64,000 bases of DNA from Hydrolagus colliei (lineage: Eukaryota): positions 6,200,001 through 6,264,000 of the forward strand of contig CM068748.1 of the NCBI GenBank assembly GCA_035084275.1. Reading direction: 5' to 3'. The notes under the pieces are model-generated. The model was not told the origin of the DNA, ran no database searches, and was given only the letters and a program-made list of their open reading frames with translations. Position 1 is the stretch's first letter. Every line of letters begins with the position of its first letter. The position numbers and the translations under genes were made by a program. Below, piece by piece: positions 54,051-64,000 of this stretch.

Positions 54051-54864
54051 TAGTTTAAGTAATATATGACTTGTTTTGAAATTTTAATCAAGATTTTAAA
54101 ACCTGCAATTGTTCAACTTTTTCAATTTAAATTTAAAACATTGCAATACATAACATTTTAGTTTCTTCCCATCATTAATCAATGGGAGTAAGAGGAGATA
54201 TATTCTTGCAAATGTGATACTTTATCACTAATAATATATTGTGTTATTTCCTGGTTTATCATACAAAATCTTGCAGTGATTACATAAATTGTTGTTCCTT
54301 CAGCTTGGATATCCTTGCAAACGACACCAGAACAAAGAAATGATTCTTGCAAGTACCCACAGCTGAAAAAATATAATGACTCAAAACTATTTTTTTTAAA
54401 AGAAAAACTCCTGTGAACTCATTATAACAAAAATGCATAAATGCAAGCAATTTCAAGGTTATTATCAGATGTTTCTCAATCTCTGGAGGCTCTTTTTGTA
54501 AACTCAATGAAACATACGTTGTTTATGCGTACTGATAGCAGAACTTTGACTTCCATGCTCAGCCAAAAAGCTTCCTGAGATGCATATTTCCAAGTTTCAA
54601 TCCTGCAGAGTTGAGCTACCACTAATAATGTCAACACAATCCTGTAATCTGATTGCCTAAGGAGCTGTTGGTACTTAAAGCACAAGTATAATCATCATAT
54701 ATTTTTAATGCAGGGTATTTTAAACTGAAATCACCCAAGTGTTTGGCAATTTTTAAACTACAATTATAATGTTTTAACATGCTTAAATTACTTAATTCTA
54801 AAACTAAATTAAGACCTCTTACAACAATACTGTATATTTTTAGATGAGGTTTTGCCTCAATCCC

Positions 54865-55238
54865 AACAACAACTTGCACTTATATCGAACCCTCCACACA
54901 GGGCTTCTCATCCCAGAGCTAACACCCCATCTCTTCACTGTATAAACCTGCCTTAAGGCTCATCACTTTGACCATGTTTTCAGCCACCTTTCCCCTCTCC
55001 TCCTCAAGTACACCCCATCTCAGTGCTTTGAAACATCATCCTAATGGAAAGGCTCAGTATATATCTATATCTATATTTATATCTGTACTGTATATAAAAC
55101 TGTTGCTTTTCAAATTGGAGAATGCGTTTATATACAGAGTTAGGTTATTTTCAACCTATATTTCTATACTTAGATATATAGTCCTCCCGACGTGAAAGGC
55201 GCTCTATAAATGTAATTTGTTGTTAATTTGTTGTTGTT
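54865..55238. mobile_element. Cluster of short L2 3' ends (one -, two +) with a TA-rich spacer
   Basis: caacaacaacttgcacttatat (-); tttgaccatgttttcagccac...cagtgctttgaaaca...gaaaggct (+); gtcctcccgacgtgaaaggcgctctataaatgtaatttgttgtt (+). Confidence 0.7.
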
Positions 55239-55719
55239 AGATAGGCTATGTTGTGGAACTTTTTTCTTACAAAACAAATTCCTTAAGTCTTTGAAGCATT
55301 CCTGTATAATCAATATGCTTTTTTTAAAAGCAGGTGGCCAAATATTACACGCAATATTCCAGATATGGAGCCAGTATGGATCTATATGGAGTTAGAAAAA
55401 TGTATTTAAACCTTGGTTCAAATGCCTTACAAAGTGGCACATGACAAAGCTTTCTTGTGAACTGTCAACTTTTCCCTTCATATCTGAGACTGCCCTGGAA
55501 ATGAATGAATACCTTTCAGCTGCTTTGGCTAGACATTTGTTTTCCTTTGGCATATCAAAGAAAGTAGGTGAATGGAAATAGATTACTGCTGAAACATTGA
55601 CAGCAGGTATTATGTCCCCCTTGACTGAGGAACCTGGAAGCTGACCTAGAGAATAAAGGGAAATAGTGTACAGTATTGATAAATAATAAATTTTTAGTCA
55701 TTCCTTTCCTGATGGTGTT

Positions 55720-56020
55720 CATTCAGATATACCACGTGATCATTCCACAGATGCCCTTTGGAACCCTACCTAAGAGACCAGCGAGTCTTGGGAAAATATG
55801 CATCATGGGAGACATCACGGCCACGCCAACTCTGTCTCAACCAACATCAACACGCACACTTCCCAGCAGGTGTTACTGATTAACATGCAACTGTGCAAAC
55901 CTGGCTAGATTTTTCTTCCTTCTGCATTGCCCAAGGGTGCAAGGCAATTGTCAACTTGCTACTGCCAGCTGGACTAGGATCAGATTGCTCAGAATCTGGG
56001 ACCTAACCAATCTGTATGGG
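55720..56020 (-). mobile_element. SINE family B, long decayed copy
   Basis: catcacggcc..gcc...acacgcacacttcccagcagg.gttactg...aacctggctagatttt...aggcaattg...gatcag...ctgggacc. Confidence 0.6.
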
Positions 56021-57014
56021 ACAGTTTCACACTGACAAGCACTGCTTCGATTCAACAAGCCAACAGCAAAATGGATTTAAGAATTTCTTGAGGATTTATT
56101 TTTGAGATATTCAAAACGCAACATTTTAACAAATTTACCATTTGATTTCTTATGCTTATCACAATTGTAGCTCGCACCAGCTCTCCATTCTGACCTAAAT
56201 CGGGAAAAAATAAAATAAAAACAACAACAAAATTAGATTTGCATAGCTCCTTTCATGTCGGGAGGAAAAGGATACAATGGGAAACCACATTTCAACACAC
56301 CTATGATTTTGCCTAAGGCAGGATGTAAAAATATTGTAATTTCTGTATTTTTTAATACATATAATTCATACCACATAATTAAGAATAATCAAAATTATGT
56401 AGTTATTGAAATGTTTTGAAACATTAGCAAAATAATTTTATGTTGCCATCTGTATCACCATTAGGTACAGGTTGAGATCTACAAAGCATAATAACTAATC
56501 ATTTATATTCATCTCCATGATACTAATACTTAAAATAAGCTAAAGTAAATTTTTCTTTTTGACAGATTCATATTGAAAAGATATTCAATCTATTATTAAA
56601 TATTACATTCAAATATAGTTAAATGTCTGTTTTATGATGTATTCTAATCCACTTCAAATGTAGTACAAAACGTATAATGAAGCTGTTGACTTCATTCAGA
56701 CAGCTTCTAGTATATTTCCACATGCACATAAAATAAAGTTTCAAAGTTATTCATTTCATATCCCTTTGAAAGGTTTGATTGCTGTTGGGCCACATTTTTA
56801 ATCAATCAATCAAACAAAACACAACATTTTGTGTTTTCATAACCAGTTTCAGAGGATGCAATTTAAATCTTCACTTTTGCTGGTTCTCTACAATCATTCA
56901 CAAATTGCTTAAGATTATTTTTCAAAAAATAGCATCTTGTTGCTGATGATAGGAATCCATTTATGGTCCAAAAAGTTCATTGGAGTAAGCAAATGGCATA
57001 CATTAAACCCTGTC

Positions 57015-57079
57015 TCCAGCCCCTTAGGACGTCCTCCCAACATGAAAGGCGCTACAAAAATGTAATTTGTTGTTGTTGT
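57015..57079 (+). mobile_element. L2 extreme 3' end
   Basis: cagccccttaggacgtcctcccaacatgaaaggcgctacaaaaatgtaatttgttgttgttg. Confidence 0.8.
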
Positions 57080-58319
57080 CTCTATATATGCTCTAACCCA
57101 ATAGTAAATGATTCTTTTCTCTCACTCTATAGTTGCTGGTACTGTAAACATGCAGCTGTCTTTATCGAATACTCAAGGGCACATTTTGTTTGATCCACCT
57201 GTGAACATGGTAAATGTGTTTCCAGTAGCTCTCATCAGTTTGTTCGACCTAGACGATTAAAGATAAGATTCAACAATCTTCCTCCTGGGTTTGGGGGAAT
57301 GATAAGAGGATCAACTTAATACTTTCTTGTGGCAAAGGACTTTATCAAACACCTTCAAATATTGCTGTCAGATATCCAATCATTTTCTAAATTTCCCCCA
57401 AAAGCAAACAATGCCAGGGTATTACATTTAAACTGTGCAAAACTGCCAATTCATTTTTTAAAAAATGGATTCAATTATTATTTTGTGTTAGTTCATATGG
57501 CATATTCCCAGCATTATTTGAGGTGGGACAAATAAATGAGAAATTCCCATCAAGTGAGCAATGGTATTGATTCAGTTTCATTTTCTTTGCCTATTTAAAT
57601 GTTTCAAACAAGACTGACAATAAAGTCTTTCTTTTAAACTAACGTTAACTAAATGCAATTAAAACAGATGCATACTATGGTAATTTTTTTTCTGTTGGAA
57701 ACCCCTTTACTTTTATATATTCAACAATTATAGAAAATCATTATAATATACCACTGAACCCAAATTTCCAAAGAGTTAATCGTATTTTTATACTAGAAGG
57801 AATGAGATTAACAAAAATACCAAACTGACTGAAATCTGTGTTCATTAAATGTTTGCAAAAACATTATACAGTATTGACTAACAAGTTCATGGGTCTAAAT
57901 GTACAATGACCTATTTTGTGTTTTCATTCTTTTTGTCAGTACTCTGCTGTGCATCACAAATTCTGAAACACTAAAAGCTGTTGAATTTTAGTACTTCGGT
58001 CACAAAATTTCTACAGATGGCACTGTGTATATCCAGGAAAATAATAGGCAACATGGAATTCATCCAACATCACTTTTTTGCTGCCAAGTGCAAAATGTGT
58101 AAGAAATGACATTATTTCAGGACGAGGCTGCCTAGCACTCCATCTAGTGGATTTCCAGATATTGTGAACTTTTTGTTGCACGGGTGTTTATGACAGATGG
58201 TGAATTTCGAATGATTTATGTGAACCGTCTGATAGAGATTGGTGTCAATTGATCAGATGTTTTAAAAATAGCAGGTCTGTAGTGCTCCACGGTTTTATAA
58301 AATAAAGTGGAGACATTTT

Positions 58320-58470
58320 ATAGAACCGTGGAATTTTACATTTATGAGAAGGCCATTCAGCCCATCGCATCTGGGCTGTCATGTTTAAAGAGCAATCCTT
58401 TCAGTCCCGTTTACCTGCCCTTTCCGCCACAACTTGCAGCTTATTTATTTAGATATCTATCAGGTTGTAC
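58320..58470 (-). mobile_element. CR1 LINE 3' terminus
   Basis: tagaaccgtggaattttac...gaaggccattcagcccatcg...tttaaagagcaat resembles the reverse complement of the 24920-25006 tail type. Confidence 0.65.
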
Positions 58471-59309
58471 TTTGAAATCATATACTGCAGTTTTGGAAAT
58501 TTACCTCCAAATACTGTATATGGTTACTACATTTTATTGAAAAGTTTGTGAAGGGCTTTAAGGCATTGACATTATAGATACTATATCATTATTAGTTCAT
58601 TATTAAATACTAGAACACATTATATAACTTGTCTTGTCCACCACAGTGTAGCATTTCTAACACTAGGCAATATACTGTATAAAACAAGTTCAGATTTTTG
58701 TCTATTTATTTGTTTATCGATAAGAATTTGCTTTTAATGCTTTTTCTCTTGCAGTAAAATCCTCTTATATATAAAAGCCTAGGCATAGAAAACCATTTGC
58801 AAATAGATGATCCTGTATATAAATTTACTCCATTTGAAAGCTTACCAGATACATTAGAGCATAATGCATGGCAACATGGAGTGGTATTTTACAGCTATGT
58901 ACATGCCCATATTTATAGTTCAGAATGCTAGAAATGTTGTGCACACACAGAAAATCCTAGTGAACTACTTTACTAATAGTCATGCCATAGATTTTGCTTT
59001 TCTTTCTGTGATTGTTTTGTTGTAAAATTTAGATGGTTTCAATTTTAATATCAATGTGACATTTTGAGGTCTGCACCCTCACATCCTTGTTTTGCTTAGT
59101 TTCTCTCCTTACAAGTTCACTGAGAAGGGCAAAATATGCCCTGTGCTCCATCAAAGCTGACCATCAAAGCTATTATTGGCCAGTCACACGAGAGAAGCCT
59201 GTTGAACATTTCTCTACATTTTTCCTCTTGTTTCCAGGAGTATCATTCATTGACAAATCAATTTGCTGCAATGTAGGATATACACTAAGTAACAATTTAC
59301 AATGCTACA

Positions 59310-59456
59310 AATTGCAGCCAACTAGAAACCTGGATCTGCCCAAACAAGACCCATATAGCCATCAGCAAGAGATGAATTTCATCCTCTTAGCCTAGATTTG
59401 ATTTAAGGCTACATTCCCCAGGTGAAATGACAGTACTGTAACTCACTGGGCCACCA
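59310..59456 (-). mobile_element. LF-SINE-like tRNA SINE 5' remnant
   Basis: The reverse complement has head ggtggcccagtgagtta...tcatttcacctgggg and cagatccaggtttctagttgg. These recall LF-SINE gcctttcacctctagg and cagtccagttcctagtgg, compared from memory. Confidence 0.4.
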
Positions 59457-60669
59457 AAACCCCATCAAACCGATTATTAATCTTTATTGATAGAATATTG
59501 TATTTCCATACAACAGTGGACTTTGATGTGAAGATTCAATGTTACTCTCTTTTATAGCATACCAGGGTTAGGGTTAGGGTCATATCATGTGGGAAATATT
59601 GCAGGGTGCACAATAGATATTTGAAGCATAATCATGTAGGACCAAAGTCTATTTAATGGAAATTATCTGTATCTACTCTGATCATATTTAAAATATTCAT
59701 TGTTAATACAGTGTATCTAGATGCATAGATAAATGTCTTAACTTGCACATTCGACCAGATATTACTGTACATATATTGCTATATGGCTGAAATAGTGAAA
59801 GACAATATTTTACAGACCAGCTTGGCTAACATACAGGTATTCTATGCAGAAAATACTCGAAAAATTTCCAATACTGCTATTTACAAATTGGCCAGTACAA
59901 AGAAAATCTTACCACACCTACTCACTCATCATTATGTTTTATCTGCCACCTCTCATATATTTTCCTTTCCCAGATAAATAATGTTCAAATGATGCTGCAA
60001 ATAAAGCACTATTCACAGACCACTTTGATCAATGCCTACATGCCAGGAATTAATATGAATATGTATTTAGATAAGCTCCAAGTACTATGGTTTGTGAATA
60101 AAAATGAAAAAGTATAAGTGCAAATTGTTGATTTATAAATAGAACAGCACTTTAAAAGACACATTTTACAATAATTACAAAATGGACCTGCAATGAATAA
60201 ATTGGGAAATGGTGTCGTCAAGTATCCAGTTGGAATTAAGGCCTGGATTGACCACATGTAAAGTGCATTACTTTACATTGTAAATCAGAACCCTTCATAT
60301 AGCAATTCAACACTTCTTCCCAATGATCTCCAAAAAAGAATGTACATCTTTAATGCAATGATGTGCGAGTCCTTTCTCAAAGGACTATAACTTAAAAGCT
60401 TGATTGCAGTTCCTATTTTAGAAGTTGTTGCTTCTTCTATTGAGTGTTTCAGTATCATTACTTCTGTACTATATTTCTTATAGTGTACTTACAGTACTGT
60501 ATTTTTTTAGGATTCCTATTACTCAACATATAGAAAGGATTAGTCACATATGGTTGCAGCATGAACAAAAGCCTGAACATTTAATCCCAAAATATTCAAT
60601 TTACTGAATAAAATATTTCATAAATAACTTGCCTAATGTTTTAGAGTTTATCTATTGAGTAACTGAATC

Positions 60670-60950
60670 ACACAGCCCAGGAAGCTCCTAAGCCTGATCC
60701 TTGCCTGTGCTTAGTAAACCAAGGCTAACCATATTGACAGTAGGATTCTTTACTTGACCTGAGTACCTATGGGCTAGGGAGGTGAAATTGAAGCCAAGGC
60801 ACTGGCTCCAGTTCATTATCCAATGGAAGCATGTTGTACCTACATCAACTAAGGCCATAATGGAGGTTGGATGTGATCTTTTCCTCTCATCCCTGTACCT
60901 GCCAACACTTGCTGTCACACATGAATAATGGCCTCTTGGAAGTTGACCAT
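60670..60950 (+). mobile_element. SINE family B, long decayed copy
   Basis: tgatccttgcctgtgct.agt...gggctagggagg.gaaa..agccaagg...ctgccaacacttgctgtcacacatgaataatggcc.cttgg. Confidence 0.6.
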
Positions 60951-62641
60951 TATCTGTGCAACTATAATGTAGCAAGACAGCAACATATTTTGGAGTGTGG
61001 TGGATGGAAGAAACCCAGTGAGAGAAATCCCCCCTCCACCAACACTGACACACACTCATGGCTTTGAATCGGGTCATAGTCTGTTTTAAGCTTCCCCTTA
61101 AATTGCTTATTTGATTCATGGCTATATTTAGCTTGAATTTTGTTCGCCCACAGAAAGTTGAAACAATTCAGGCAGGTCAGTAGAGTCTGAAAATAATGGG
61201 CTTTCTTTCACTTCGTTTATTCTCTACTGCACATGTCAAATTTTGAATCTTTCAACCACACAAGTATTCGGTCAAAGGAAGTGGCACATGGAAGTAAGGG
61301 TCCCGGTGATCTGCATTGCTTAGACTTAAAGCTTGGTTAATAGTCAAAGTAGCATCTAGTGAAATCTTCTGTGAAGCACATGGCTCTAGATCCAGATGGT
61401 CTATACATTCCTCACAATTGATCAATAAAGGGTGTTTGCTTTTTCTCTGATGGTGATCTGCTTCAAAAACATAGGCAACTCCTCAGTGTAAGCATTTCAA
61501 TCTTTGGAGAATATCAGAACATCCTGTCAGCAATCACATTCTTTTCCGTAAAGTTGACTGAAAACATTTACTATACAGTAGCTTCCTCAGAAATTGTATT
61601 CAAAAAACATACAGTGCTAACTCTTAATGGCTAATTTCTTATGTAAATTGGGAAATTAATGCTTATAAGTTTTCTATCAAGCTCATATCTGCTAAATTTA
61701 CAAGATTATCCCTCAAGCGAACAATTACCGTGTAAAGGTTATACTGCCATTGCACATTTTAGAAACCGTCTAGATCAGAATACATTTTAAATCAAGTTAT
61801 AAGCTATTAAGTATCTCAATTAAATATCTGTAAAATAAAGATTTTATATTAAAATAATATAATCTTAATCTCTAGGATTCTCTGTTCTTCAGTGATGAAT
61901 TCCATTTTTGTGTTCTTATACAACAAAGTGGACAAAGTGTTATGTTCAGTTTAAATTTCTATAACTTGTATAGATGTATATATACATATATATATAAGAT
62001 ATTTATATACTGTTGAAACAAGATTTAAAAAAAAAAATAATTCTATTATTGTTCTAGAATACAAAAGGACAGTACTGTATATAGATTCTAGTCATTTACA
62101 CATGCTAAATTTAAAAAGCAACAAAGTCTATTCCACAGGAGAAGCTATTATCAAAATGATGTACAGTTAGAAGATATAGTTTTTTTGGTGTGTTTTTACC
62201 TTAAAGAATGCAATTAGATGTGTTGCAATTGGTCCTTCAGCATCCCCAAATGCAGAAAGGATTCAGGTCTAATGTACTCATCAGCTTTAATACCATTCAC
62301 TTTCACTGCAAGCTGCAGCTTAGGACACAGTCTGTTCCAGATAAAAACATTATCACCAACCAGTTCATTATCAATTAATCATTTCCATGATTGTAATGGC
62401 GATGCAGGATGAAAAAAAAGCTAATAAAGTAGAAGTCAACTAGGATACGTCTCGTTCTAGGTTCAGTGCAGCTTACATTTTTGCTCTTCTGGCTTCTGAG
62501 GCTTGTCATTTCACGAATAGCAAAGCTTACAACACCCTCCTGGCCGAGGAACCACAAGCTCAGCTTCACATTATGCACTGGGAGGAGTTTTGTCAGGTGA
62601 CAACACAGTTTCAAGTACAGTGCTGGTGTTAGTGTGAGAGA

Positions 62642-62661
62642 ACCTTCTGGGAGATGTAGTT
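62642..62661 (-). promoter_or_regulatory. ZNF143/THAP11 (SBS-type) promoter motif; candidate hs3st1-like promoter region
   Basis: Minus strand AACTACATCTCCCAGAAGGT fits ACTACAnnTCCCAG. It sits in unique sequence, with a donor-like AAG|GTAAAA at 62200/62199 downstream on the same strand. Confidence 0.35.
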
Positions 62662-63209
62662 ATTTTGTATTGCACTTCTTGCTCGTTGACATTTATACTG
62701 TAATATCTTTCCAATCATTTTGCACACTTCTCATTCGTTATTTCTGCCTATTTAAATAATTTGACGTTTCTTTATAAAAAATGTACAATTATTCATTGTA
62801 ATAATGCTATTGTTGGTGTACTGTAGTTGTTGCATAAAACCCAAATATAGTATAGGTACGTTGCCAGGTTTGACATTTCTTAACAAAAATATAGATGTGG
62901 TAAAGTTGGGCAGAATATTTTAAATTAGCACAATTAGCAAATTATCCAGGTTTAGGATGAAACCTACCTCTCAAACATGAAATTAAAAGCTTTACAGAAA
63001 ATGGCAGAAAGGGGTCATTTAATTTAAGAACTTGTTATTATGGCTATTAAGGAGAAACTTGCTGTGCTTTGCCGCTGAGAAGGAACATCAAAAATGCCTA
63101 TTCAATTCCCTGTCATCGCTAAAGTAGGTAAGTTTAATAAAAGTGGAAATTGTAAAATATCATCAGAGCATTGATAAGCGAATAATTTAGAAACATGAAA
63201 GAATGCATG

Positions 63210-63412
63210 TAGTGGTCATTTGAAAAGAGACAGGAGTTTCTCCTGGTATGCTGACCAACAATCCTCCAAATAAAACTCATGGCTATTTGTGAGACAATGC
63301 TGTGTGAAAATTAGTTGCTGCGTTCACCCACAAAGTACAGTCATTCACTTTACAGTATATCTTGGGAAACTATTTGGGGCTTGCTGCTGACATGAAAGGC
63401 ACTATACTAAAT
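63210..63412 (+). mobile_element. DeuSINE 3' half
   Basis: tttgaaaagagacaggagtttctcctggt.tgctgaccaacaat...ggctatttgtgagacaatgctgtg...catgaaaggcactata. Confidence 0.7.
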
Positions 63413-63429
63413 ATAGCATCTTAGAATTG

Positions 63430-63775
63430 TCGAGACTTCTCAAAGTGCTTCAACCAATTTGCACACAGCAATGACCCCATCTACCTGAACAGACAGACGA
63501 GACTTTAATAAAAACAGAGAGAGCTGGGAAAGCTTAGCAGGTCAGGCAGCATCTATGGAGAAAGGAAAATGAGTCAACATTTTGGGTCCATGACCCTTCA
63601 TCAGAATTCAACAGATGAGACTTTGGGTCCTCCAACGCTACCTCTGACATTGCTGCACACTTGCAGCTCTGCACTGGAGTGTCAGCCTAGGTTATATGAG
63701 AACATAGTCCTCAAATTGGCCCTATACCCACAACTTGCTAACCTGAGGGCGACAATGCTACCAACCGAGCCAGGC
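63430..63775 (-). mobile_element. DeuSINE (internally deleted), interrupted by the insertion at 63507-63610
   Basis: acctctgaca.tgc.gcac...ctgcactggagtgtcagcctag...cccacaac...tgctaccaaccgagcca is the reverse-complemented head plus Deu domain. Confidence 0.75.
63507..63610 (-). mobile_element. Short Penelope-type element carrying a decayed minimal hammerhead ribozyme motif
   Basis: Minus strand reads gaattCTGATGAa-GGGTC-atg-GACCC-aAAA-tgtt-gactc. It is flanked by the direct repeat acagacgagacttt / acagatgagacttt. Confidence 0.72.
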
Positions 63776-63819
63776 ATTACATTTAAAACATCCACCCTTT
63801 TGTTCGTACCACCTTCCTT

Positions 63820-63917
63820 TGTGTTCCACCACCTCCCTTGCTCGGGTCCCAATCTGCTGTGTGAAGCAGTTTGTAATACCTCTCAATACGAAAGGCACTA
63901 TATAAATGTAAATTGTA
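63820..63917 (+). mobile_element. L2 extreme 3' end
   Basis: cccttgctcgggtcccaatc...cgaaaggcactatataaatgtaaattg; compare 2960-3040. Confidence 0.72.
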
Positions 63918-64000
63918 AGTCATGCAGTTTCTTCTGTGCCTCCGTCCATTTCTTTGAATGGTGCAAAAATAGCTACTCCTGTTTGACGCATCACTCAACA

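Noticed and set aside
59564-59580. Interstitial telomeric repeat
   Set aside because: Fewer than three TTAGGG units; too short to be meaningful.

Overview
AT-rich, repeat-dense vertebrate genomic DNA. The mix of repeats (CR1 and L2 LINEs, Deu-domain and tRNA/CORE SINEs, a Penelope-type short element) points to a cartilaginous fish, probably a holocephalan; this is an inference. There is one clear protein-coding gene: an intact single-coding-exon heparan sulfate glucosamine 3-O-sulfotransferase 1-like gene on the minus strand (28566-29501, 311 aa). Its splice acceptor lies at 29643, so its non-coding first exon is upstream, possibly near 62.2-62.6 kb. The rest is intergenic or intronic, and the other listed ORFs are transposon fragments or chance ORFs. 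Best leads: (1) the enzyme has a hybrid substrate gate (A88/H271); (2) an in-frame hydrophobic uORF starts at the first base of the coding exon; (3) TACAGTA/TACTGTA Tc1/pogo excision footprints are in strong excess, with clear 5-bp insertions inside repeat copies, a matching MITE and a Tc1 transposase fossil; (4) a decayed minimal hammerhead ribozyme element is inserted with a 14-bp duplication into a DeuSINE; (5) a near-perfect 37-bp-arm hairpin; (6) a hAT transposase fossil. All repeat calls were made by eye from remembered family consensus features, so boundaries are approximate. I cannot establish a wholly new biological system here.
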